From: an uncultured Rhodopirellula sp.
Lineage (GTDB): Bacteria; Planctomycetota; Planctomycetia; Pirellulales; Pirellulaceae
Length of the DNA: 32,559 bases
Assembly: GCA_964007735.1 (NCBI GenBank)
Contig: CAXGAI010000049.1
Location: 1 to 32,559, forward strand
Reading direction: 5' to 3'
The notes under the pieces were generated by a model. That model saw only the letters and a program-made list of their open reading frames with translations. It ran no database searches and was not told where the DNA came from. The first letter of the stretch is position 1, and each line of letters starts with the position of its first letter. Both the position numbers and the translations under genes were made by a program. This document shows, one piece after another, positions 1 through 9,633 of this stretch.

Positions 1-2382
1 CACACTCTTGCTGAAGATTTTAGCGAGATTCTGACGGTCGCTCCAATTCCATCACCGACTAATTATCCTAATCTGTTAGTTGGGTCGAAATCCGATGTTG
101 ATGTCGGGGAAGTCTCCTTTTTCGACAACCGGCAAACAGCGGCTGAGTCTATCGAAATCATCATAGACTATCGATACGACACAGGGTTCTTTGGAAACAA
201 CCCTGAACGCCGTGAAGTGATGGAATACGCGGCCCGGACACTCGAAACTCACATTAAAGATTCTCTAAGCGAAATCGCCCCGGACATGCAGAATACATGG
301 TCTATCAATTTTGACGACCCAGCAACCGGCAGTCCGACCTCCCTTCAGAATATCACCCTCGAAAAAGATACCGTAATTATTTTTGTCGGGGCATCCGACA
401 TCGAGGGACTAGGGTATGGTGGTCCCGGCGGTTGGGCCGCATCAGGCACGCAATCGTGGCTAGACACCATCAGCACGCGGGGGCAGACGGGAATCAGTAA
501 CGTTTCCTCAGAAACCACAGACTTTGCGCCTTGGGGAGGAATAGTCACATTCTCTTCTAACGCCAATTGGCATTCCAGTATGCCCCCCCCCCAACCCGGC
601 ACAAACGATCTCTATTCGGTAGCCGTACATGAAATCGCGCACGTTTTAGGAATGGGAATCTCGGACTCTTGGGTTAACCTCATTAATCCATCCGGCAGCT
701 TTGCTGGACCGCAGTCGCTCATGGAATTCGGGGAACCAGTCCCTTTGTACGACGACAGTGCTCACTGGCTGGCGGGAATTGAGAGTCAGCTCCTCGATAC
801 AAACACCATACAAGAAACGGCAATGGATCCTGACCTGACGGTGGGAGAACGCAAACTACTCACTAAATTGGATGTTGCAAGTCTCATTGATATCGGCTGG
901 GAAATATCACCTACCAATCATATTCCGACTCTTGGCGCAATCAGAGACCAATCAATTTCCACAACTGACAGTTTATCGATCCCGCTAAATAACATATCGG
1001 CTGGTGGCGGAGAGAAACAATCAATTCGCTTGACCGCAAATACTAACAACAGTTACCTCGTGGAGGAACTGGAAATAACGCATGAATCGGCTGCCTCCAC
1101 TGCCACACTCACCATCGACCTGTTGGCAGGAGGACACGGATCAGCATCCATCCTGATTCAAGTGGAAGACGCAGGCGCCGACAATGATTTCGCAACAACG
1201 ATTGACAACCTCACCTTCCAACAGGCTTTCGACGTTACGCTCTATGCTAATGCCAATGACGCCCCTACCCTGGATTCGATTTCCAATAAGACCATCGACG
1301 AAGATGCTCCGGTACAGACCGTCGATCTGGCGGGAATCTCAGCCGGAGCTGGTGAGAGTCAACCGCTGCGGATCACTGCCACCAGCAGCAATACCAACCT
1401 TATCGCAGATCCGAACGTCAGCTACACCTCACCCAACCCCACCGGATCATTGCAGTTCACACCACTGGCCAATCAACAGGGCGTGACAACTATTACCGTC
1501 ACACTCGAGGATGGCGGCCTGGATTCCGACCTCGCCACGTCTGATGACAACGCCACCACCACCACGACTTTCGAGGTCACCGTCAGCGGCGAGCTAAAAT
1601 GGCATAATTATGCTCGACCGGCTGACGTCAATAACGACCGTAACATTTCAGCTGTGGATGCTTTGTTCATCATTAACCATCTCAATTTGCACGGTAGTCA
1701 TTTATTACCTCAAAGCCGGCCCGCCGGTTCCATGTGGCTAGACGTCAACCGGGATGGATGGGTAAGTCCTGCCGATGCTATATTCGTTATCAATCATCTT
1801 AATGGCAAGAACTTTGATGTCGCAGTCTCCGTTCTGCCCCTGGACCTTAATGGAAATCAGATAACAACCATTGAAGTCGGAGCTTCTTTCTATCTCTCTT
1901 TGGTCACAGAGGATCTTCGCGAGGATCGCAAAGGAGTCTTCGCAGCTTACGTAGACGCTATTTACCCAAATAGCCATTTGACCGTTATGGGCGTTGCCTC
2001 ATATCTGTCGCCCTATGTCAACGGTCGTTCTGCCAATACAGAGTTAGCTGGTATTGTCGACGACTGGGGTGCCTTTGCTGGCCTTACGGAAACCGGAAGC
2101 GGAAGTTATATCGTAAGTAGCATCCCGATGATCGCTAAATCTCCAGGGGAAATCATCTTATCGGCATCACGTGCCAACAATAGTCCCAGCCGTGACATCC
2201 TTCTCTTTGGATCTGAAGAAGCCGTTGATTTTAGGGGCATCGAATTCCGTGCATCTCAATTGTCAATTCTTGAGGAGGCCGAGGGAGAAGGTTGGTCAAT
2301 TGACGACGGTTTGGTCAACCTTCTAAGTTCAGACACCTCACCTGACTTAAGGTCACTCGACGATTACTATGGTAATTATTGA
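1..2382 (+). CDS. Large secreted zinc-metalloprotease / cadherin-Ig-like repeat / dockerin type I / cohesin-like protein (5' truncated by window edge)
   Basis: The frame is open from base 1 (HTLAEDF...IIIDYRYDTGFF), so the true start lies upstream of the window and 217 is not the start. Contains zincin motif HEIAHVLG, downstream SAHW and a Met-turn-like ETAMDP. Two ~110-aa Ig/cadherin-like repeats follow, then paired dockerin Ca-loops DVNNDRNISAVDAL / DVNRDGWVSPADAI, a cohesin-like GVFAAYVDAIY segment, and an AEGEG tail typical of planctomycete extracellular proteins. Confidence 0.85.
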   Translation, partial: HTLAEDFSEILTVAPIPSPTNYPNLLVGSKSDVDVGEVSFFDNRQTAAESIEIIIDYRYDTGFFGNNPERREVMEYAARTLETHIKDSLSEIAPDMQNTWSINFDDPATGSPTSLQNITLEKDTVIIFVGASDIEGLGYGGPGGWAASGTQSWLDTISTRGQTGISNVSSETTDFAPWGGIVTFSSNANWHSSMPPPQPGTNDLYSVAVHEIAHVLGMGISDSWVNLINPSGSFAGPQSLMEFGEPVPLYDDSAHWLAGIESQLLDTNTIQETAMDPDLTVGERKLLTKLDVASLIDIGWEISPTNHIPTLGAIRDQSISTTDSLSIPLNNISAGGGEKQSIRLTANTNNSYLVEELEITHESAASTATLTIDLLAGGHGSASILIQVEDAGADNDFATTIDNLTFQQAFDVTLYANANDAPTLDSISNKTIDEDAPVQTVDLAGISAGAGESQPLRITATSSNTNLIADPNVSYTSPNPTGSLQFTPLANQQGVTTITVTLEDGGLDSDLATSDDNATTTTTFEVTVSGELKWHNYARPADVNNDRNISAVDALFIINHLNLHGSHLLPQSRPAGSMWLDVNRDGWVSPADAIFVINHLNGKNFDVAVSVLPLDLNGNQITTIEVGASFYLSLVTEDLREDRKGVFAAYVDAIYPNSHLTVMGVASYLSPYVNGRSANTELAGIVDDWGAFAGLTETGSGSYIVSSIPMIAKSPGEIILSASRANNSPSRDILLFGSEEAVDFRGIEFRASQLSILEEAEGEGWSIDDGLVNLLSSDTSPDLRSLDDYYGNY
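916..1584 (+). repeat. Two tandem ~110-aa Ig/cadherin-like repeats within the secreted protein
   Basis: NHIPTLGAIRDQSI...ISAGGGEKQSIRLTA...DAGADNDFAT..FDVTL (~916-1242) aligns with NDAPTLDSISNKTI...ISAGAGESQPLRITA...DGGLDSDLAT..FEVTV (~1255-1584). Confidence 0.8.
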
Positions 2383-2590
2383 TACAGCATTTTCCGTTTA
2401 TATAATTTATCGCATCTGATTTCGCTCGCTTTTCTCCTAGCCATTGCTCAACATTCCGATACCCGATGGATTTCAAAGGACACTAAGGATAAGTTCATCG
2501 TTATCCTTACGGACTATTAACCCATCTAGGCAACTAAGTTTTCCAAACAAACACTCATCCCTTTAAAACGAAACGGTCGGGAGATCCGGT

Positions 2591-3499
2591 ATGTGGACCA
2601 GCCAACGACAAACAACGAGATGGTTTTTCAATTACCTCTTCATCGCATTCCAAACATTTCCACTAGTCCTGATGGGCCAAACGACTCTCGAGATTAACGC
2701 CACCGGACAAACGCCGGTAGGTTTTGAACGCGTGTTTGGCAAAAAGGTGCAAGTATTCGGTTTAACGGTGTTCGCTACACGCTCTACGTCGGACAGTAAA
2801 CTACTGCACGCAGCGAATGTGCTTGCACAATACCTGGACAATGACGCTGATGGCATTGCAGATAACAAACTAGTCCTTAAGTCACTTCAAAAAGAACGGG
2901 GTGCCGTGGTGATGTTCGCTTCGCAGCGGGAGGCGATGGGCATCGATATCCATCGCTATATTCCGGAAAAAGTCTGGGACCAGATGATCTTAGTAGCTCT
3001 GTTTGGTAACGAAACACTACCAAGCGGGGCCGCTAACGGAAGGTTTGATGCAACATACGAAGAAGTATTACACCTGATAACCTCTGGCGGATACGCACAT
3101 GCCTATCCTCGAATTTTCGGAGAGACCGCTGGAACCAGGATAGCTAAAGCAATGGACAGTGCCCGGGGAGGCCACTTCACAAGGACTCCACGAGCTTACC
3201 CACAATCCGCCTGGTATACGTATTATGACCGTTCATGTGACTATCAGTGTCAAATCACGGAATACATCTATTGGGGTATTACCTCCATAATCGGAGCCCA
3301 GGATTTCCCGGGACGATTTGAACAGATCTCTGACGAATGGCGTTTGAATACACCGGCAAAACTAAAGTCTGGAGACCCTGTGTTATACGGTTTGTTATCG
3401 GATCCCCAATACTCTTTTCCAACCAAATTACCTGATGGAACTTACCGACCACAATGGAAGAACACGCCAACTCGACCTGGATTTCCAAGCACTAGGTAA
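2591..3499 (+). CDS. Hypothetical secreted protein, possible zincin-like fold
   Basis: 302-aa ORF with a hydrophobic N-terminus, a YEEVLHLIT motif (HExxH-like) and downstream CDYQCQITEYIYW. The start codon is uncertain. Confidence 0.7.
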   Translation: MWTSQRQTTRWFFNYLFIAFQTFPLVLMGQTTLEINATGQTPVGFERVFGKKVQVFGLTVFATRSTSDSKLLHAANVLAQYLDNDADGIADNKLVLKSLQKERGAVVMFASQREAMGIDIHRYIPEKVWDQMILVALFGNETLPSGAANGRFDATYEEVLHLITSGGYAHAYPRIFGETAGTRIAKAMDSARGGHFTRTPRAYPQSAWYTYYDRSCDYQCQITEYIYWGITSIIGAQDFPGRFEQISDEWRLNTPAKLKSGDPVLYGLLSDPQYSFPTKLPDGTYRPQWKNTPTRPGFPSTR

Positions 3500-3539
3500 G
3501 CCTACTTATTTGCTGTAGATCGGATCGAATAGATATCTC

Positions 3540-5603
3540 TTAAACCGTGATATCTGGATTACGTTCTTTTCCGAGGAACTCCAAATCAAGAGTTAAAACA
3601 TGTAATTGAACACCATTCGACAACCACGGCTCGTCGACCTCCGCTTTCTGTCGAATCTCAACGCCAACCCCCATACCCAAGCCAAAGCTGAAATTACCAC
3701 CACCACTCATGAACGCCTTCGTTATCTCGACAAACTGAGGCTTTGCGGTATCAGCGGTTGCAAATTCCGGAACGAAGGCTACTTCCCCTGTAACTTTACG
3801 TTTATCAATTGTTTTTGCTGCTTCCGTAAACTCAAAGAAAACCAAATGGAATGAGTATTTCTCCAAAAGCTCTTTTTGAGCCTGTTCCGTCTTAGCTTCG
3901 GCAATGATTTTTGCAAAAAGACGATAAGTTCCCGGAAACGGACTCCTCACCTCCTGCCCCACGAGGCCGCCTGTTCCCGACAAAGCGTTCTTATCATACC
4001 TGAACATCAGGTGCTGATCGACGGCCATCTTGCCAACCCTTCCAGCTTCTTTAACCTCTGCGGAAAAGGTACCCGTGTTGATAAATCTCCAACCTTTAGG
4101 GCGGGAAGGAACGTGGTATGGATGTAGAACCTGCTTACCTTCGAAAGAACTCTGCCGAATCATCATGTCTTCGTCATAGTCAGGCACTCGGGCCACATCA
4201 CCAGTACACTCACAACGCTGTGATGTTGCGGCGGCGTCACCCAATAACTTGAACAGCGCCGGCTGTTTTGAAAAAGCCAACTCACGTCCAGTTGGATCGG
4301 TAAACGTTCCCTGGTAATCCAAACCAGCCAAATGAAATATCGTGGATGTGAGGTGCCCTGGGTCTACCTTATCTGCAAGGGCATACGCCCCCTGCGAATC
4401 AGACTCCCCATAAACCTGTCCGCCGCTGATACCAGCGCCGGCTAAGCTCGCACTAAATACCGGTCCCCAATGATCGCGTCCCCCTTTGGGATTAATCTTA
4501 GGCGTCCGACCAAATTCGCCAATAGCGACGACAAGAGTCTCGTCTAGTAGTCCCCGTTGTTCTAAATCTTCAATTAAGGCTGTATAACCTACATCAAAAA
4601 TAGGACAAAGCACGTCTTCGAGGCGATCGGCATTTTGTGCGTGTGTATCCCATAGCGGATTATCTGCTGCATTGTCCCCCGGTTCCCGCGGCCAATTAAC
4701 ATGAACTAATCGTGCGCCGGATTCTATCAGACGCCTTGCAAGTAAAACGCACTGCCCCCAGCGATTTCGTCCGTAGCGATCGCGAACATGCTCAGGCTCT
4801 TCCTGAATATTAAAGGCATTTCGAGCTTTGCCACTCGTTAATAGTTCAAAGGCTTGCTGTTGATAACTGTTCACGGTATCAAGAAGTTTGCTACCCTCTA
4901 CGTCGCGCAAGCGATCTTCCAATTTTGCCTGCAGGGATCGACGATCTCTCATCCGGCCAAGTGTCACACCGATGGGCTCAAACCCTTCAATCTTATAATC
5001 CCGTCGTGACGGATCGCCAACAAAATGTTCCGGCGCCCATTGCGTTCCCATTAGTCCACCCAATTGTCCCGCCGGCGTCACATTCTCATTTTGTCGTACA
5101 TAATCCGGGATGACCACCGAGCTTAAGCCTGGCATCCTAGCACTGGGCTTATAGCGTTTAATGATCGAACCGTAAAATGGCCAATCACTCGTCTGAATCG
5201 TACGGGCATTAGGCCCCTGATATTTGTAACCGGTTAATACCCAATGCCCGCTACTAGAATGAATATTATCATCGGTTGACATCGACCGTATTACTGCCAA
5301 TTTATCAGCAATGGCAGCTGTGCGCGGTAATAGCTCGCTAAACTGGATGCCTGGAATATTTGTTTGAATAGGCTTAAATGGCCCGCGGATTTCTACAGGC
5401 GCATCCGGCTTAGGATCAAACGTCTCATGCTGAGGCGGCCCACCGCAAAGGTAGAGAAAAATAATATTCTTCGCACGACCAAACGAAGCTCCCAATTGAG
5501 CGGGTTGAGGAGATGCCTTCACCAAATCAGCAAGGCCGAGACCGCCTAGCGTAAGGCCGCCAACACGCAACAATTCCCGACGATCATATAACTGAATACT
5601 CAT
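3540..5603 (-). CDS. DUF1501 family protein with long C-terminal extension
   Basis: Tat-like RRELLRVGGL N-terminus; family motifs AKNIIFLYLCGGPPQHETFDPKP, LARRLIESG, WDTH, GEFGRTPKIN, GRDHW. Confidence 0.9.
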   Translation of the reverse strand: MSIQLYDRRELLRVGGLTLGGLGLADLVKASPQPAQLGASFGRAKNIIFLYLCGGPPQHETFDPKPDAPVEIRGPFKPIQTNIPGIQFSELLPRTAAIADKLAVIRSMSTDDNIHSSSGHWVLTGYKYQGPNARTIQTSDWPFYGSIIKRYKPSARMPGLSSVVIPDYVRQNENVTPAGQLGGLMGTQWAPEHFVGDPSRRDYKIEGFEPIGVTLGRMRDRRSLQAKLEDRLRDVEGSKLLDTVNSYQQQAFELLTSGKARNAFNIQEEPEHVRDRYGRNRWGQCVLLARRLIESGARLVHVNWPREPGDNAADNPLWDTHAQNADRLEDVLCPIFDVGYTALIEDLEQRGLLDETLVVAIGEFGRTPKINPKGGRDHWGPVFSASLAGAGISGGQVYGESDSQGAYALADKVDPGHLTSTIFHLAGLDYQGTFTDPTGRELAFSKQPALFKLLGDAAATSQRCECTGDVARVPDYDEDMMIRQSSFEGKQVLHPYHVPSRPKGWRFINTGTFSAEVKEAGRVGKMAVDQHLMFRYDKNALSGTGGLVGQEVRSPFPGTYRLFAKIIAEAKTEQAQKELLEKYSFHLVFFEFTEAAKTIDKRKVTGEVAFVPEFATADTAKPQFVEITKAFMSGGGNFSFGLGMGVGVEIRQKAEVDEPWLSNGVQLHVLTLDLEFLGKERNPDITV

Positions 5604-5898
5604 GACTAATCCGCGTCATCAAGATAAATGGTGTACTTCACATAGCCTTATTATACCAAGACCACCTGTCTTTTACCTCGGATGTTTTGACCGACGATCC
5701 TCAATCCATTTTAAAAAGACCGTCAGCAGAACACCGCTTAGGATCGCATTGATTAACAATAGACCTAAACGGCCAACACATCCTACACCGATTCGCTTAT
5801 AGGCGAGCGCGAAAGCCCACCCAATAACCTACAGCCTTCTCCGACGGCATGAGATTTGGTTTACAAACACGGTCCGCTACGAAGAGTTTCATTAAACG

Positions 5899-5945
5899 CA
5901 AAAAACGGCTTAAACGCCACGAAACTGTGCATAAGCCGTTTTTTG
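5899..5945 (-). terminator. Intrinsic terminator after aldehyde dehydrogenase (potentially bidirectional)
   Basis: Perfect 14-bp inverted repeat CAAAAAACGGCTTA / TAAGCCGTTTTTTG, including A/T tracts, about 15 bp past the stop codon at 5961. Confidence 0.8.
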
Positions 5946-5960
5946 ATTGCCGTTTATTTT

Positions 5961-7457
5961 TTAAAGCGGACGAATCACCGAAATGTTTCGGTAGTAATCC
6001 AAAAGTGTTTCTATAGAAACCACTCCGCCACCCATACCGCTCTTCTTGACACCTGCGTAGGGCACGCCGTGCACAATAACATTATGCGAGTTGATCCAGC
6101 CGTTACCTGATTCGAATGACTCCGCTACACGCTGGCACTTAGCAAGGTCCTGCGACCAGACACTATTCGCTAACCCGTAGTCGGTATTATTCGCTAATCG
6201 AACCCCCTCTTCTTCCGAATCAAACGGGGCAAGATAAGCGACCGGCCCGAAAATTTCTTCAACAGCGGCAACGTTATCGAGCGACCCAGCCAGCAGTGCT
6301 GGTTTAACATAGTGGCCCCCGTCGCAGCCGTCGACAGACGCGGCGCCACCTTCCAGAACGAGTTCAGCCCCCCCGGCAACTCCTTTTTCTAAGTAGCCGA
6401 GTACGCGTTCACGCTGTTTTGCACTCACAACGGGACCCATCTGGGTCGCTGAGCCCAATGGATGACCGATGGCCACCTGCTCCATTTTTTCTTTAACCTT
6501 ACCGACGAACTCATCGTAAATGTTCTTATGAACCAACCAACGGGTTGCATCACAGCACACCTGTCCTGTATGGAAGGTAATCGCGCCGACGAGTCCATCA
6601 GTCGTGAAGTCCATATCACAATCATCAAATACGACCGCGGCACCTTTACCACCAAGTTCCAGCTTAACCGGAGTGAGATTTGCCCCACTTGCTGCCGCAA
6701 CAAGACGCCCCACTTCGGGCGAACCCGTAAACGACATGCGGCAAAAACCAGCATTTTCAGATACAGCCTTGCCAGCGGTTTCTCCCAAACCTGGGACAAT
6801 GTTAATCACTCCATCCGGTATACCGATTTCCGTGGCCAGTTGCGCTAAATACAGCGTGGAAAGAGGAGTGTCTTCTGCCGGCTTGACGACGACTGTATTA
6901 CCAGCCGCCAGAGCTGGTGCAATCCCCCAACCAAGCAATAGAAATGGGAAATTCCAGGGGATGATAAAACCACAGGGGCCCCACGGATGACGCACAACCG
7001 CCGCTTCATGATTTTTAACTGCCAGAACTGTACGACGTTCAATATTCAGAGCTAAGTCTGCAAAGTAACGCATTGTATCTACAAAGTTTTGCACATCACC
7101 ACGTGCTTGCTCGAGAATCTTACCGCAATCGAGCGACTCCAGTTGCGAAATGGTTTCGAGTTGTGTTTCTACGGCATCCGCCAAACGATGTAGGATTGCA
7201 CTACGTTCATTCACGGCCATGGTTGCCCAACCGGAATTTTTAAATGCATCATCTGCCGCCGCTACCGCATTATCCACGTCATTTTTTTGAAAGCTAAAGA
7301 CTTCCGCTAACACTTCCCCTGTCCCCGGGTCTTGTGTGGTAAAGGTTCCACCATCCGTTGCTTCGACGCCCTTACCGCCTACCCATCCCTTGAGTGGCCC
7401 AGCTGCTAAAAATGCCTCGACCTTGGGGCAAATTTCTTGACCTTGTATTGTTGCCAT
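5961..7457 (-). CDS. NAD(P)-dependent aldehyde dehydrogenase (non-acylating ALDH superfamily)
   Basis: Motifs IPWNFP, VVKPAE, SFTGS, LELGGK, catalytic GQVC, EEIFGPV, YGLA. Confidence 0.95.
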   Translation of the reverse strand: MATIQGQEICPKVEAFLAAGPLKGWVGGKGVEATDGGTFTTQDPGTGEVLAEVFSFQKNDVDNAVAAADDAFKNSGWATMAVNERSAILHRLADAVETQLETISQLESLDCGKILEQARGDVQNFVDTMRYFADLALNIERRTVLAVKNHEAAVVRHPWGPCGFIIPWNFPFLLLGWGIAPALAAGNTVVVKPAEDTPLSTLYLAQLATEIGIPDGVINIVPGLGETAGKAVSENAGFCRMSFTGSPEVGRLVAAASGANLTPVKLELGGKGAAVVFDDCDMDFTTDGLVGAITFHTGQVCCDATRWLVHKNIYDEFVGKVKEKMEQVAIGHPLGSATQMGPVVSAKQRERVLGYLEKGVAGGAELVLEGGAASVDGCDGGHYVKPALLAGSLDNVAAVEEIFGPVAYLAPFDSEEEGVRLANNTDYGLANSVWSQDLAKCQRVAESFESGNGWINSHNVIVHGVPYAGVKKSGMGGGVVSIETLLDYYRNISVIRPL

Positions 7458-7647
7458 GTTGAATTCCTCTAGCTATTTAGTCCCTGAGCCTTTGCTCTTG
7501 GTTTACTGATCATTATCCAGACTCCTTAATTTTAGCGACTTAAAAACACGACAACAACTTACACGGAACTGCTATTTTTTATAGTGGCCTAAATCCGTTA
7601 AAATCACAGTTCAAACTCTATAAGATCCTCTTCACCTAAAATGTGCC

Positions 7648-8586
7648 ATGGTTAAACATAAGCTACTGCCTTTATGCGTCCTGCTTCTAACGATTTCTTC
7701 GGCCGAGGCCGACAAAAAGCTGGGCGACGCGACATTTTCCCATATCGACACCATCGCGGCTGACACTTTCGAAGGCCGTCTCGCAGGATCTAAAGGTGGA
7801 TATGCAGCAGCTAATTACATCACAACCATTCTGGCGGACAATAAGGTACAGCCCGCTGGCGATGGCAGCTATTTCCAGTTGTTTAGCAAGGTCTACCCAA
7901 ATTGTCGAAATATCTTTGGCATCATCGAAGGAACGCATCCGGAAATGTCTAAGGAATTAATCGCGGTAGGGGCACACTACGACCACGTAGGGTTTGGAAA
8001 AGATAAAACCTCCGGCCCGATCCATAACGGAGCAGACGACAACGCAAGTGGAACGGCTACAGTTCTAGAACTCGTCAAGCATTTCTCGAAAAAGAAAAAT
8101 CGCCTCCAACGATCCCTACTAGTGTGTTTCTGGGACAGCGAAGAGCAAGGACTTATCGGATCGAAATACTGGATGGAAAACCCGACGGTCGACGTCTCTC
8201 GGATTGTCTTCAAGGTGAACATCGATATGGTGGGACGTTTAGATGGAGACACTTTAGAACTACAGGGGCATCGTAGCGTGCAGGGATTAAAACCAATTTT
8301 ACGCAAAGCAAACGAAGGTCTCGACATCGAACTCGATTACGTATGGACCATGGTAGCCAATAGCGACCACTGGCCATTCATAAACGCGAAAATACCCGGG
8401 TTCATGTTCCATACCGGTTTACACAAAGAATATCACAAACCGGAAGATGATCCGGAAACCATTGATATCGTAGGATTAGGGAAAGTTGGGCTGCTCACCC
8501 GCCGCTTCATACATCACCTTGGCACATCGGAAACCACTCCAAAGTTTCGTGCCGAATCTCTTACCGAGAAAATGCCAAAGAGATAA
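7648..8586 (+). CDS. M28 family metallopeptidase with signal peptide
   Basis: Signal peptide; motifs GAHYDH, GADDNASG, SEEQGL, NIDMVG, SDH, YHKPED. Confidence 0.92.
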   Translation: MVKHKLLPLCVLLLTISSAEADKKLGDATFSHIDTIAADTFEGRLAGSKGGYAAANYITTILADNKVQPAGDGSYFQLFSKVYPNCRNIFGIIEGTHPEMSKELIAVGAHYDHVGFGKDKTSGPIHNGADDNASGTATVLELVKHFSKKKNRLQRSLLVCFWDSEEQGLIGSKYWMENPTVDVSRIVFKVNIDMVGRLDGDTLELQGHRSVQGLKPILRKANEGLDIELDYVWTMVANSDHWPFINAKIPGFMFHTGLHKEYHKPEDDPETIDIVGLGKVGLLTRRFIHHLGTSETTPKFRAESLTEKMPKR

Positions 8587-8602
8587 CCTACTTCCAGCCC
8601 AT

Positions 8603-8646
8603 AAAAAGGCGGAAAACACTAATCCGAAAACCAGCATCTTCCGCCC
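8603..8646 (-). terminator. Intrinsic terminator at the end of the BMC operon
   Basis: Minus-strand RNA GGCGGAAGAUGCUGGUU-UUCG-GAUUAGUGUUUUCCGCC-UUUUU: a 17-bp stem with G-U pairs that form only on the minus strand, a UUCG loop and a U-tract. It lies between convergent genes. Confidence 0.85.
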
Positions 8647-8664
8647 GGAGAAACGTTTCCTTTT

Positions 8665-9606
8665 TTAACCGCGGCCGATTCGATCTAAAACCGTAGTGAC
8701 GGTTTGGCGGAGGACATTACCGCTATTGCGTAGGCCCTGAACTTCTTTTGGCCAGAGTTCAATCTCAAGACGATCAACAACTCCCTGCCTGCCTATAATT
8801 GTAGGAACAGACAAGGCCACATCTCGGATCCCATAGGCCCCCTGCTGCACACTTGAAACTGGCAAAATGCGTTGGCTATCCAAAGCAATCGATTCCACGA
8901 CATCGCGAATGGCGATCCCGACCGCAAAACCAGCTCCGCCCTTCTTACGAATAACCTCGGCACCACTACCACGCGTACGGGTAAATAGTTCATTTGCCAA
9001 ATTAGGGGTCCAACTGGGATGCTTTTCAAGTGGCAACCCGCCGACAGTGGCACTAGACCAAATCGGTACCATGCTCTCACCATGCTCACCTAAAATCAGT
9101 GCTGACATCTGCGTTGGCGGGACGTTTAATTGCTGCGCAATTAAACTACGAAAACGGATAGTATCAAGCTGTGTGCCTAATCCAATCACCTGGCTATTAG
9201 GTAGCTCCAGTCGATCCGCTGCAACATAGGTCAGGATATCGACCGGGTTGGAAACCACAAACACGATAGCCTCCTGTCGTATCCCAACCCGCTTTATTTC
9301 ATCGAGAATCGATACAAACAAATCGGTATTTCGATTGATGAGGTCGAGACGACTTTCGTCTGGCTTACGTCGTAATCCAGCGGTGATACAAATCACATCG
9401 CTGTCGGCCACGTGTTCATAACCGCCAGCCACTACCTTCTGATCGGCCGTACTGGGACCCCCGTGAAGGATATCTAAAGCCTGACCTTCAGCCGCTTCCA
9501 AATTGACATCTAGCAACGCGATCTCCCGGACAACTCCACCACACTGCAATGCGAATGCAGCACTGGATCCAACGAGACCTCCTGCTCCAATAATACTCAC
9601 TTTCAT
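8665..9606 (-). CDS. ldh: Lactate/malate dehydrogenase family protein (PVM BMC-associated)
   Basis: Motifs GAGGLVG Rossmann fold, ITAG..RKPDESRLDL, VSNPVD, LDTIR, GEHGES; last gene of the BMC operon. Confidence 0.9.
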   Translation of the reverse strand: MKVSIIGAGGLVGSSAAFALQCGGVVREIALLDVNLEAAEGQALDILHGGPSTADQKVVAGGYEHVADSDVICITAGLRRKPDESRLDLINRNTDLFVSILDEIKRVGIRQEAIVFVVSNPVDILTYVAADRLELPNSQVIGLGTQLDTIRFRSLIAQQLNVPPTQMSALILGEHGESMVPIWSSATVGGLPLEKHPSWTPNLANELFTRTRGSGAEVIRKKGGAGFAVGIAIRDVVESIALDSQRILPVSSVQQGAYGIRDVALSVPTIIGRQGVVDRLEIELWPKEVQGLRNSGNVLRQTVTTVLDRIGRG

Positions 9607-9633
9607 TACTCTGTTCCTCCTGCAAATGTCATC

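Noticed and set aside
217..2382. ORF-track start at 217
   Set aside because: The frame is open back to base 1 and the domain begins before 217, so the gene is truncated by the window edge.
2484..2509. 9-bp inverted repeat TAAGGATAA/TTATCCTTA in an intergenic region
   Set aside because: The stem is AT-rich and weak with no U-tract; it could be an operator but nothing else supports that.
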